A stretch of 64,000 bases of DNA. Origin: an uncultured Gammaproteobacteria bacterium. GTDB lineage: Bacteria > Patescibacteriota > Microgenomatia > JAMCZE01. Positions 10,065 to 19,176 of this stretch are shown here, piece after piece. The notes beneath the pieces were generated by a model. That model did not search any database. It was not told where the DNA came from and was given only the letters and a program-made list of their open reading frames with translations. Positions within the stretch are counted from its first letter, which is position 1. Each line of letters starts with the position of its first letter. The translations under genes and the position numbers were made by a program. Where the stretch lies: contig CAZNUP010000001.1 in the NCBI GenBank assembly GCA_964576435.1, positions 98,345 through 162,344 of the forward strand, read 5' to 3'.

Positions 10065-10202
10065 TTAGATAGAAAGTTTCTTGCGACCCTTGGCCATTCT
10101 TCTTTTAATGACTTTTCGACCGTTTCTAGTAGAAGTCCGAGCCATAAAACCATGTTTTCTAGCTCTTTTTAATTTCTTTGGTTGATAAACTCTCTTTGGC
10201 AT
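10065..10202 (-). CDS. rpmH: 50S ribosomal protein L34
   Basis: 45 aa '[39 protein letters not shown]'; start moved to the ATG at 10202. Confidence 0.97.
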   Translation of the reverse strand: MPKRVYQPKKLKRARKHGFMARTSTRNGRKVIKRRMAKGRKKLSI

Positions 10203-10249
10203 ACCTCCGATTATCCTACAAATTGACTCATTTGTACATATTGAAATAT

Positions 10250-10258
10250 TGTGGATAA
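10250..10258 (-). promoter_or_regulatory. Perfect DnaA box in the dnaA promoter
   Basis: TGTGGATAA (reverse complement of TTATCCACA) 4 bp upstream of a candidate -10 TAGAAT (10263-10268). Confidence 0.85.
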
Positions 10259-10276
10259 CTTTTAGAATTGGCCTCA

Positions 10277-11653
10277 ATGGACTTAGAAAAAATTTGGCAC
10301 CAAGTTTTAGCCGAGCTTGAAGTTGAACTGGGTAAAAGTCAGTTTAGACTTCACTTCCAAAATTCCGAACTCATTTCCTTTGAAGATGGCATTGCTAAAA
10401 TCAGTTTTCCCAATAAAGGGATTGCTGACCAAGTTAACATTCGCTATTACACCCTCATTCAAAATTCACTTCAAAAAATCTCTTCAATAGACAAAGTTAG
10501 TCTTGTTTTTGAAGTTAAAGTAAAGCCACAAACTAAAACAGAAGACACAAATCCTGAAGAACTAGGTCCACTTTTTAACTCAGAAAGAGAGGACCAAGAA
10601 GAGTTCATTCAAGCGGTTAAGAGAAATGGTCTTCGCTCCGATTTTTCCCTAGATGAATTTTGTGTTTCAACAAGTAATCAGTTAGCTTTCGCCGCCGCTC
10701 AAGCAGTTATTAAAGATCCAGGCAGAAACTATAATCCATTTTTCATTTGGGGCGGAGTTGGAATTGGCAAAACTCACCTAATGCAAGCAATTGGCATAGA
10801 GATCTTGAGAAAAAACCCCAGAGCAAGAATTGTTTATGCTTCCTGCGAGCAATTTACAAATGAAATCATCCAAGGTATAAGGAGCAAAAACACTCATGAT
10901 TTCAAAGAAAAGTATCGTGGAGCAGACGCACTATTAATAGATGACATTCAATTTCTTTCCGGCAAAGACACAGCTCAAGAAGAGTTTTTCCATACTTTTA
11001 ATGCAATCCAACAAAGAGAAGGTCAAATAGTCATGACTTCAGATACTAAGCCTTCAGACATTAAAAATTTAGCTGACAGACTAAAGAGTCGTTTTGAAGG
11101 TGGATTAGTCGCAGACATATCTGCACCCGATTCTGAATTAAAAACAGCTATCTGTCTGCTAAAAGCTCGCAAAAGAGGAGTCGAATTATCCACAACGGTA
11201 GCATCTAGTATATCCAGTAATGTGGATAATATTCGTTCACTAGATGGTGCAATAAAATTAGTTATTTCAACAGCTTCTTCAGAAAATAAAGAAATAACTC
11301 CTGAGTTCGTATCTGAAGTTTTGAAAATTCCTTTAGAACAAGGGTCAGCTGGCAGGCAAACCCTTGATGCTAGAACTATTCTTGATGAGGTTTGTAACTA
11401 CTATGGTCTCTCAATTAAATTAATAAAGGGTGACAAAAGAGATAGACCAATAGCAGAACCTCGCCAAATCCTCATGTACCTCCTAAGGAAACAAACCAAA
11501 ATGACTTTAGATGAAGTCGCTGCCTTCCTTGGGGGAAGAGACCACTCAACTATTATTCATGGCGAAGACAAAATAGAAGCCCTTGTAGAAACAAACGACC
11601 GAATTAAAAAAGATGTCTCCGCTATTGAGCTTCGCCTAGGTGTGACTAACTAG
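10277..11653 (+). CDS. dnaA: Chromosomal replication initiator DnaA
   Basis: '[20 protein letters not shown]', 'LLIDDIQF', 'QEEFFHTFN', 'RLKSRF', '[10 protein letters not shown]'. Start is ATG 10277 (alternative TTG 10268). Confidence 0.99.
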   Translation: MDLEKIWHQVLAELEVELGKSQFRLHFQNSELISFEDGIAKISFPNKGIADQVNIRYYTLIQNSLQKISSIDKVSLVFEVKVKPQTKTEDTNPEELGPLFNSEREDQEEFIQAVKRNGLRSDFSLDEFCVSTSNQLAFAAAQAVIKDPGRNYNPFFIWGGVGIGKTHLMQAIGIEILRKNPRARIVYASCEQFTNEIIQGIRSKNTHDFKEKYRGADALLIDDIQFLSGKDTAQEEFFHTFNAIQQREGQIVMTSDTKPSDIKNLADRLKSRFEGGLVADISAPDSELKTAICLLKARKRGVELSTTVASSISSNVDNIRSLDGAIKLVISTASSENKEITPEFVSEVLKIPLEQGSAGRQTLDARTILDEVCNYYGLSIKLIKGDKRDRPIAEPRQILMYLLRKQTKMTLDEVAAFLGGRDHSTIIHGEDKIEALVETNDRIKKDVSAIELRLGVTN

Positions 11654-11924
11654 GTTTACAACTTTCAAAGAAATGGGGGATATGTGGATATTTTTTCGTG
11701 TCTATAAACATATCAACATTTATCCACAATTGTCCACAAAAGTTATCAACATCTCACCAAGTATTTTATCCACATCAATATTTTTATTTATCTACTAGCC
11801 CCAATCGTCTATCTGTCATTTTCATACCCATATCCACGCTACCTACTACTACTGCTACTAGTTAAAACAAAAGGAAACCGACGGTTGAAAAAAACACTTA
11901 ACCGAAATATTATGTGGGCAACCT
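11654..11924. other. oriC-like region: DnaA-box cluster plus DnaA-trio unwinding element
   Basis: Perfect TTATCCACA at 11720-11728 and 11766-11774; near-matches at 11683 (reverse), 11710, 11730, 11743, 11830; then CTA-CTA-CTA-CTG-CTA-CTA at 11843-11860 and an A-rich tract. Confidence 0.88.
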
Positions 11925-13049
11925 ATGAAGCTAGAAGTCCTACAAGAAAACTTATCGTCCGCTTTGACAACTGCCACAAGAATTATTAGTTCCAAACCTC
12001 AACTTCCTATTCTAACTAATGTCTTCCTCAAGGCCTCAAAAGAGGGAAGTCTCTTAATTGCTTCAAATGTTGATTCTACAATTATTGTTCCGTTTGGATC
12101 TAAAATCATTGACGAAGGTGAAATCTGTGTCCCTGGTAGAACTTTCCAAGAATTAATTTCCTCTCTCCCAAGCGACAAAATAATTCTCGAAGCCAAAGAA
12201 ACCTCTTTAATTGTTAAGGAGTTAAAGTTCCAAGGAAAAATAACTTGCATGCCCGGAAGCGACTTTCCAACGCCTCCCAAAGAACCTAACGCAACAGTTT
12301 GGAAAATGTCAAAGAATACTTTTCAAACCGCACTCAGTGAAACTCTATTTTCAGCAGCTGTTGATGAAACAAGAGCAGTTTTAAACGGTGTTCTATTTAA
12401 ATTTGATGGAAGTGCACCTATGTTGGTTGCAACCGATGGTTTTAGACTCTCTAAATATACACTGGAGTCGGATTCTAAAATTCCCAAGGATTTAACTCAG
12501 TTAGTTCTTCCTTCTAAAGCGCTTCAAGAAGTTTCCAGATTGCTTTCCGATTCAAGTGTTGGTGATTTTGAAATTCATTTTGGAGAAACAAACACCGTTT
12601 CCTTTTTAATTGGAGAAATTGAATTCTATTCACAAACTATTGCTGGTAATTTTCCAAGTTTCGAAAAGATAATTCCCTCAACATTTGACATTAAGATTAA
12701 ATTAAACGCCGAAGAGTTATTAAAATCTATAAAAAGTGCCGCCATTTTCGCAAGAGAAAATGCCAACATTATTAATTTTAATATTCATGACAACACAATG
12801 ACCGTCCGGGCTCAAGGTGGGGAAGTCGGAGAAAATGAAACAGAACTTGATATTGAAGTAGAAAAGCCACCAGTTGGTAGTTTTAGTGTTTCTTTTAATT
12901 TTCGCTATGTTTTAGATTTCCTAGGGAGTTTAAATGGTGCTAAGGACATAACCCTGGAACTTGGTACACCCACTTCTGCTGCGCTTTTTAGACCTATAAA
13001 AGTAGATAATTACCTCCATATTATTATGCCTGTGAGAGTGCAAGGCTAA
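11925..13049 (+). CDS. dnaN: DNA polymerase III beta sliding clamp
   Basis: 'LPILTNV', 'DETRAVLNGV', 'VATDGFRL', 'GNFPSFEKIIP', 'IIMPVR'. Confidence 0.98.
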   Translation: MKLEVLQENLSSALTTATRIISSKPQLPILTNVFLKASKEGSLLIASNVDSTIIVPFGSKIIDEGEICVPGRTFQELISSLPSDKIILEAKETSLIVKELKFQGKITCMPGSDFPTPPKEPNATVWKMSKNTFQTALSETLFSAAVDETRAVLNGVLFKFDGSAPMLVATDGFRLSKYTLESDSKIPKDLTQLVLPSKALQEVSRLLSDSSVGDFEIHFGETNTVSFLIGEIEFYSQTIAGNFPSFEKIIPSTFDIKIKLNAEELLKSIKSAAIFARENANIINFNIHDNTMTVRAQGGEVGENETELDIEVEKPPVGSFSVSFNFRYVLDFLGSLNGAKDITLELGTPTSAALFRPIKVDNYLHIIMPVRVQG

Positions 13050-13095
13050 TTTATCTCTCGATTTAAATAACCCATAGTATGATATAATTTAGTTT

Positions 13096-13941
13096 ATGTT
13101 ATTACATAGATTGCTGGGTATCTCTTCGGAAAGAAATTACTCTGACGAACAATTTTTGGCAATTGTGAAGCAAGAAGGGTTTCAAGATAAGATACTTCAG
13201 GAAGATCCAATTAGCAATCCTGATATATCAGAGGCTGCAAGAATCCTATTTTCCTTTATTCCTCCTGTTCCAAACGATCCACGATGGCTCCTCGCTCAAA
13301 AATTTTCTCAATTAAGAGATATGGAGGGAAGGAAACCTGGCTTTGCACTACATAATGGCTTAATGAGCATTTATCTTTCTAAAAATATAAGTTATAGAGA
13401 TGGGTTTGCTTCAACATTGTCCGAACCTAATATTCGCCAACATTGTCGCGCAATGTGGAACATGGAGTTTGCTAGAAAGCTTGAAATGTCTAACAGGCAA
13501 CAGCGCCTACAAATTTCAAATGAATTTTATCTACGGTATGCCCGCACAGAAAGTGTTCAGAGAGGTAAGGATGAAAAGGGAGTTACTGGATGTCCCGAAT
13601 CACTTTCTCAAGTTCAGGCGTTTTATGAGGGAAATTATATAGGTAGAGTAGGATTTAATGCACATATTGAGGGAAGCTCGACAATAATTTCAATTGTTAA
13701 CATGCAAGGTGTTCCCGGTGTTGATTATCGAGAATTTCAAGATCAAGCACAAATACCTATCTTCAATACTCTCGTTAAAGCTGTGAGTACTCTGAGTGAA
13801 ACATTAGATGGGACAAATTATATTGAACTTCGTGGGCTTAAGAACCCAAAAAATGGGGACAGTCGACTATATAACTCCGTGTTAAAAAGAGAAAAGATTG
13901 ACCGTTATCACTATAAGCATAAACAAAGAGTAACTAGTTAG
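13096..13941 (+). CDS. Hypothetical protein; C-terminus weakly reminiscent of VirK/YbjX (DUF535)
   Basis: 281-aa ORF with TATAAT (13083-13088) 7 nt before ATG. 'IISIVNMQG...FNTLVKAV...LRGL' resembles the DUF535 pattern by eye only. Confidence 0.6.
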   Translation: MLLHRLLGISSERNYSDEQFLAIVKQEGFQDKILQEDPISNPDISEAARILFSFIPPVPNDPRWLLAQKFSQLRDMEGRKPGFALHNGLMSIYLSKNISYRDGFASTLSEPNIRQHCRAMWNMEFARKLEMSNRQQRLQISNEFYLRYARTESVQRGKDEKGVTGCPESLSQVQAFYEGNYIGRVGFNAHIEGSSTIISIVNMQGVPGVDYREFQDQAQIPIFNTLVKAVSTLSETLDGTNYIELRGLKNPKNGDSRLYNSVLKREKIDRYHYKHKQRVTS

Positions 13942-15806
13942 GCTACTCTCACATTTCCAGCCTGAGGTGATGGTGGAGTCGATTTTGTCTTATCAAGTGG
14001 GTTAGTTGTAATTAGTTTGTATTCATCAGGTGAAGCAACTACTCTCATAGCGACATGTGACGCTCCCGCAAAAAATAGTCCCTCTCCAACATTTGCCGAT
14101 AAAAGCAAACTTTTCTCTCCTTCAGATAAATAGAATATGTCGGCCACTTTTTCAATTGCCGCAGGGGACTGTTTCATAAGAATCTGAATAGATGAGTTAG
14201 TGACAACTGTTTTTCCAAGATCCGTTGCCAAAAAATCCTCGATATCTTGAGTAATGGTTGTTAAACCAAGATAATATTTTCGAGCTCTCTTTGCAAAGTT
14301 CCATAAAAATTCTGCTGATGCCGGATCCTTCATTAAATACCACGCTTCATCCACAATTAAGATCCTCTTTTTAATTTCTCGCTTCATTGAGTTCCACATA
14401 AAGTCCATGATAATGAAAATCGCAATACTTCTAAGTTGGTCTTCAAGATTCTTGAAAGAAAAAGCGGTGAAGTTGTTATTAAGTTTGATATTGCTTCGCT
14501 GATTAAAAATCGTCCCAAAGCTTCCTTTAACAAACTTCTCAAGTCTAAGAGCAATATTTTGTGCCGCTGTGGTTTCCATTCCAACAAGTACCTTGTAGAG
14601 ATCTTCTAAGATAGGGGGTTCATTCTTATGTGTGGATGGATCAAAAGTAATTCCTTTCTGTCTGTATGTAAGTTCCAGTGCGTTGTGAAGAATTGCCTCT
14701 TCTTCAGCTGTCGTTGTCCCAACCATTAGCTTTAAAAGCCTAATAAGCGTAAATCCGATTTTGTACTGCAAATCATTTTCTTGTGGGTCATCGTTAGTTC
14801 CCGCCAGATCAAATGGATTAATGTGGGTATCACTTGAGAAAGAGAATGAAATATAGTCACCACCAACGCTTTCTGCTAAGGGCTTATATTCTTCTTCAGG
14901 ATCAATAATGATCACTCCCGCTCCAAACATTAGTGACCGAAGTGCCTCAAGTTTAACAAGGAAAGATTTTCCGCCTCCCGACTTTCCAAGCACAACCTCA
15001 TTAGCATTTTCCATGCTAAACCTATCAAAAATTATTAGTGAATCATTGTGCTCATTAATCCCATATAAAACACCTTGGTTAGCAGTAAGTTCTGATGAAG
15101 TAAATGGAAATGTTGTAGCCAGGGAAGTTGTGTCCATATTTCTTGTGATCATCAGTTTATCGACACAAAACGGTTGTGTTGTCTTAAATGCATCCTCCAT
15201 TTGAAGTGCTGATCTTTTTCCAATGAGAAGTAGGGAAGCAAGTGTTGACTCAACCTGTTTTGAAATTTGGTTAAGGTCAGGGAGATTTTCCGCTGACACC
15301 GTCACATATAAACCAAACTGGAAAAATCTCTCCGCCCCCTTGGCTAGTTGCTCCTGCATCGATAAAGCATCGTCAAGTGCTACTTGGACGGATGGATCAA
15401 TAACCCGGCCTCTTTTAATGTCACTTTCAATAGTCGCCTCCATCTCAGCAATCTTTCTCTTAAGATTGTTAAGAATATCTCTTGATTCAACTGGATATAT
15501 AAACATTGCCACATCCATCGAAGAGTCGAAATTGATAATAGGTGATAGCCAATTTGCTGCTACAAACCTTGGGTATCCAGATACAAACAGCGATCTATAG
15601 TAAGCGTTACCAATCTTCAAATAGTCAAAATCCACTTCTATGGATTCAGGGGCAATCAGATCAACAACCGGTGAATCTGGCATTTTAATTTGTGGACCTT
15701 TGTCTTTGATATCGCTCTGATTAACGCTCGCAAACGCTGGTCCCGCACTCTCAACTTGAGGTTTAGGAGGTGGGGCGCTTTTAGATAAAAATGTTGGTAA
15801 TTTCAT
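13938..15806 (-). CDS. VirB4/TraC-like ATPase
   Basis: Walker A 'GKSGGGKS', 'IIDPEEEY', 'INPFD', Walker B 'LIVDEAW', 'RARKY', 'ITQD', 'GEGL'. Confidence 0.93.
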   Translation of the reverse strand: MKLPTFLSKSAPPPKPQVESAGPAFASVNQSDIKDKGPQIKMPDSPVVDLIAPESIEVDFDYLKIGNAYYRSLFVSGYPRFVAANWLSPIINFDSSMDVAMFIYPVESRDILNNLKRKIAEMEATIESDIKRGRVIDPSVQVALDDALSMQEQLAKGAERFFQFGLYVTVSAENLPDLNQISKQVESTLASLLLIGKRSALQMEDAFKTTQPFCVDKLMITRNMDTTSLATTFPFTSSELTANQGVLYGINEHNDSLIIFDRFSMENANEVVLGKSGGGKSFLVKLEALRSLMFGAGVIIIDPEEEYKPLAESVGGDYISFSFSSDTHINPFDLAGTNDDPQENDLQYKIGFTLIRLLKLMVGTTTAEEEAILHNALELTYRQKGITFDPSTHKNEPPILEDLYKVLVGMETTAAQNIALRLEKFVKGSFGTIFNQRSNIKLNNNFTAFSFKNLEDQLRSIAIFIIMDFMWNSMKREIKKRILIVDEAWYLMKDPASAEFLWNFAKRARKYYLGLTTITQDIEDFLATDLGKTVVTNSSIQILMKQSPAAIEKVADIFYLSEGEKSLLLSANVGEGLFFAGASHVAMRVVASPDEYKLITTNPLDKTKSTPPSPQAGNVRVA

Positions 15807-16471
15807 TATGTTTTAATTCCAGACATAGCCGCTTCATTTTTCCCAGCCACCTTGTCATGGTTATATATATCGTAGAAAAGTTCAATAAGCTCAGTTGTGG
15901 TCATTTGTCTTGCTCTAAGCCCCAGTCTTCCAACCTGCCTTAAGATGTGATCCCTTTTAGGAAGCAGTGATAATTTTGACTTCTCAAGTATCCGCTCCAA
16001 AGGAAGTGGCAATCCCTGTTTTTTCTTAATATTAAGGACACTTCCAGTAGCCGATCCAACCCCAAGTTCTAAAGAGCTAAATGGAATAACAATGTAAAAC
16101 TTTTTATCTAAAACATTATTATCTTTAACAGTTTGAACAATAAACTCTTTATATTTCTTAATCTGTTCCTTAAGAAGGGGATTAGTTTGTTTTCGTTCCT
16201 CGGTTTCCAAACTAGCGACATATTTGGAAATATCTTTTCTTTGACTTCGAACCACAATTTGAATCGAAAAATTAAGAGAATTTAAAAGTCCAGCATATGC
16301 AAAAATCATTGCCTCCTGTTCGGATTCGGATAACAGTCCAAAGTTAACTGCAGACACACGAATTACCAAGGCCACAGACCCATCTTTAAGAATCACCAAG
16401 TCGTCTCTAATATCAGCAACTTCCAAGTGATCTTGTGTCGTTCCTCTGATTGCAATTTTTGCTGTATCCAT
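15806..16471 (-). CDS. Conserved CPR protein between PrgI and VirB4 (VirB4-N/PrgI C-terminal-like)
   Basis: 'DLVILKDG', 'VSAVNFGLLSESEQEAMI..Y..LLNSL', 'KFYIVIPF'; 1-bp overlaps with both neighbours. Confidence 0.8.
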   Translation of the reverse strand: MDTAKIAIRGTTQDHLEVADIRDDLVILKDGSVALVIRVSAVNFGLLSESEQEAMIFAYAGLLNSLNFSIQIVVRSQRKDISKYVASLETEERKQTNPLLKEQIKKYKEFIVQTVKDNNVLDKKFYIVIPFSSLELGVGSATGSVLNIKKKQGLPLPLERILEKSKLSLLPKRDHILRQVGRLGLRARQMTTTELIELFYDIYNHDKVAGKNEAAMSGIKT

Positions 16472-17910
16472 TAGTTTTGTACCTCCTGAGCTTTAGCTCT
16501 TATTTGAATTGGTTTAAGAACTGATCCGTCAAGTGCTATCTTCCAAACATCAAATACTTGTCCTGCTTTCTCAAGTTCCAAATAGTATTCTCCAGACGGA
16601 AGTGGAGTATTAGCAATGAAATTGCCCAGTCTACTTGTTCGGAGAGCCCTAACTGAATTTGCCTGCATGTCTTTAATTGTAATAATTACACCGTCAAGTG
16701 GCACTCCATTAGAATCATAAACGAGTCCATTAACTACATTTGGTTGACTAGTAAGTGCTACAGGCATCGGATCAGAAACAACTTGAGGTTTAGGTTTGGG
16801 AACTGCATTTGGATCTCTAAACGGTTCTTTATAAGCTGGTTGCGATAGAGGTGCTACTTTCTGAAGTGTCATTTCCTCTCTCGCCTTTCCAACTTCAGAG
16901 TAGACCTGGTTTTTTTCTTCAACCAATTTCTCAAGTTGTGGCATCAATTTTGAAGCATCTCCACCAGATTCGTTAATGTTATAAATCTGGTTTCTAAGTT
17001 CATCAACTTTCATCATGATTTCTTTATTCTTTTCTGAAAGCTCATTAAGTCGTGCTTCTTTCAGAGACAAATCACTATCGGATTTCTCCATTGTTGCTGT
17101 TGTTGTGTGTTCTCGCTGTGTCATAAGGTCATCAATTGTCATTGCTGGAGTTGGAGGTTCAGAATTTGTTGATTGTTGTCTTTGTTTTAAAAGCTCATCA
17201 ATTGACAAAGCTCCTGCTACTCCAGAATTAACCGGAGGTGTCGTCTCTATGTGGTTCGGTGTCACAGATTGTGGCGTTTGTTGTGTTTCTGTTTGTGGAA
17301 CAGGTTGAGGTGCAAGGACGGGCGCCATGGGTGTTTGTGGTGTAATGGGCGTAGGTGAAGGTGTTTGAATTGGCTGAATGGTCGGAGTTTCAGTGACTGG
17401 TGTACTAGACATCGTTGTTTGTTGTGCCTCGACAGGTTGTGTCGGCTGTACAACCGGTGCAACAGGTGTTAGTGGTGCAATTGGGGTTGGCGGGGGAGTA
17501 ACTGGAGTTGGTTTTGGTCCAACATTGTCAGCAGCCATTAAAGGTAGTGTTTCATTGTGAGTCCCAAGTGGCACAAATCCTTGTTTAACTTCAGGTGGTT
17601 TCTCAACAGATACTTGTTGTGCATCTTTTCTCCACGTAAAGTATGTTGGTCTGTAAATTGCCTTGAAGAAGTTGGCTAGCCAAACATCAAGTGGTCTTTC
17701 TTGAATTGGTAAAAACGCGAGTGCAACACCAAAGAAAGCAAAAAATATCACCAGTGGCCATTTGATTATCGGGTGGAGTCCTGAAGCAAAAAATAAATAT
17801 GCAAGAATCGCTCCTCCAGCTAATTCTCCAAACTGCTTAAGCGTCATGTCACCAACCAGTTTGAATTTGAACCCTGTAATATCTTGCGGTACTGCGTGCT
17901 GTTCCATCAA
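16471..17910 (-). CDS. PrgI-family membrane protein with Pro/Thr/Gln-rich linker, coiled coil and C-terminal carboxypeptidase-regulatory-like beta domain
   Basis: 'QHAVPQDITGFKFKLVGDMTLKQF', 2 TMs, 'ERPLDVW'; C-term 'VNGLVYDSNGVPLDGVIITI...G.F...LPSGEY.L'. Start is TTG 17910 or ATG 17907. Confidence 0.85.
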   Translation of the reverse strand: MMEQHAVPQDITGFKFKLVGDMTLKQFGELAGGAILAYLFFASGLHPIIKWPLVIFFAFFGVALAFLPIQERPLDVWLANFFKAIYRPTYFTWRKDAQQVSVEKPPEVKQGFVPLGTHNETLPLMAADNVGPKPTPVTPPPTPIAPLTPVAPVVQPTQPVEAQQTTMSSTPVTETPTIQPIQTPSPTPITPQTPMAPVLAPQPVPQTETQQTPQSVTPNHIETTPPVNSGVAGALSIDELLKQRQQSTNSEPPTPAMTIDDLMTQREHTTTATMEKSDSDLSLKEARLNELSEKNKEIMMKVDELRNQIYNINESGGDASKLMPQLEKLVEEKNQVYSEVGKAREEMTLQKVAPLSQPAYKEPFRDPNAVPKPKPQVVSDPMPVALTSQPNVVNGLVYDSNGVPLDGVIITIKDMQANSVRALRTSRLGNFIANTPLPSGEYYLELEKAGQVFDVWKIALDGSVLKPIQIRAKAQEVQN

Positions 17911-18012
17911 CTATACCCCGAAGATTATTGTCAAAATTTCGGGCAGAAAAATAATATACACAGATCATCCTAACAACCCAAATATGAAAAACAATAGGGG
18001 AGTGATTTTCAC
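17911..18012 (-). pseudogene. Possible 33-codon hydrophobic peptide gene interrupted by an in-frame TGA
   Basis: Reads VKITPLLFFIFGLLG*SVYIIFLPEILTIIFGV-TAG; TGA at 17965-17967; terminal TAG abuts the PrgI start. Confidence 0.3.
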
Positions 18013-18038
18013 ATACAATTAGTTATAATTTAGATATT

Positions 18039-18452
18039 GTGAATGAGGATATTTTCCACCTTGGAATAAAAGCCATTATTCGAGACGTAAATGGAAAAAT
18101 TTTATTGAACAAGAAAATTTCAGGACAATACTGGGATTTGCCTGGTGGTAGGATTTCAAAAGGGGAAACAGTCGAACAAACACTTAAAAGAGAGTTGAAG
18201 GAGGAAATTGGAGTGAACGAAATCAAGTCAATGTTTCCATTTTCCATGGTGATCTCCAATTTTAGACTCACCAAAGAAGGAGATGTTGGATTGATTTTAT
18301 CAATATATCTTTGCGAGCTGGAAAATATAAATAATATATCAGCTAAAGAACCTGAAACAGAAATATGTTGGTTTGAAGTATTGGAAGCGAGTAGGTTGTT
18401 AGAGGCAAAATATCCAAAGAATTTTACTGAGGAAATTAAAAAACTTAGATAA
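18039..18452 (+). CDS. NUDIX hydrolase
   Basis: Canonical box 'WDLPGGRISKGETVEQTLKRELKEEIG'. Confidence 0.92.
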   Translation: MNEDIFHLGIKAIIRDVNGKILLNKKISGQYWDLPGGRISKGETVEQTLKRELKEEIGVNEIKSMFPFSMVISNFRLTKEGDVGLILSIYLCELENINNISAKEPETEICWFEVLEASRLLEAKYPKNFTEEIKKLR

Positions 18453-18454
18453 CT

Positions 18455-19138
18455 ATGGAAAAACCAATCTTTGATGAAGAAAAGTTCTCCAAAAGTGAGC
18501 AAAACGGGCTGGCGTTATTGGGTCAAGACGATCTAGTAATATTTGCACCTGGTGTAAGCACTGGCGGAATTGCCGAGATGAAAATGGCTTCTGGTAATAA
18601 TAAAAGGACCGTAATTGGGACAACAATTGATGAGGTAGGTGCAGAGCATGCGAGAGAAATGATAATAAAATATGGACTAGACGGACAGGTGCAAATCAAA
18701 GTTGAAGACGTATCAAAGCCACTCCCATATGCTTCGAACAGCTTTGACTTTATTTATGCAAGATTGGTTCTACATTACCTTTCTAAACAGGATTTAGATT
18801 CATCGCTTGCAGAACTCAATAGAGTGCTCAAACCCACAAAGAAAATATTTGTTGTAGTTAGATCAGATAAAAACGATGAAACCACCGCGCCAGACTCAGA
18901 ATATGATTCAGAAACTGGCTTCACATATGTGGTGTATAAAAATCCCAAAAATGGAGAAAAAGTCAAATCTAAAAGATATTTTCATTCAGAAGAAACGATC
19001 ACGAGTCACATAAAAGGCGCAGGCTTTTTAATTTCATCTATAAGCTCTTACGATGAGCAGTTATACATCGACTTTGAGCGCAAATTTATATCTCCAAAAA
19101 TAGACAACCTCATTGAGGTAATAGCTACAAAGCCATAA
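18455..19138 (+). CDS. Class I SAM-dependent methyltransferase
   Basis: 'EDVSKPLPYASNSFDFIYARLVLHYL', 'ELNRVLKP'; motif I atypical ('APGVSTGG'). Confidence 0.85.
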   Translation: MEKPIFDEEKFSKSEQNGLALLGQDDLVIFAPGVSTGGIAEMKMASGNNKRTVIGTTIDEVGAEHAREMIIKYGLDGQVQIKVEDVSKPLPYASNSFDFIYARLVLHYLSKQDLDSSLAELNRVLKPTKKIFVVVRSDKNDETTAPDSEYDSETGFTYVVYKNPKNGEKVKSKRYFHSEETITSHIKGAGFLISSISSYDEQLYIDFERKFISPKIDNLIEVIATKP

Positions 19139-19176
19139 CTTATCAGAAGAAACCTTTGTGATTACTATAATAATCA

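Noticed and set aside
10203-10277. 70-aa N-terminally extended L34
   Set aside because: The extension would cover the divergent promoter and dnaA start; L34 similarity begins at ATG 10202.
11654-11924. CRISPR-like short repeats
   Set aside because: Repeats are 9-mers matching DnaA boxes with irregular spacing; no cas genes.
17100-17530. GT-rich low-complexity stretch with locally G-rich + strand and shadow ORFs
   Set aside because: Reverse complement of the Pro/Thr/Gln linker of PrgI; amino-acid driven, so neither a repeat array nor a skew switch.
17965-17967. Alternative genetic code (TGA=Gly/Trp)
   Set aside because: TGA terminates many well-defined genes (e.g. 7953-7955) and long ORFs are intact under code 11.
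13938-19138. Integrative conjugative element
   Set aside because: No integrase, relaxase, coupling protein, att repeats or tRNA target seen; virB4 shows native strand bias.
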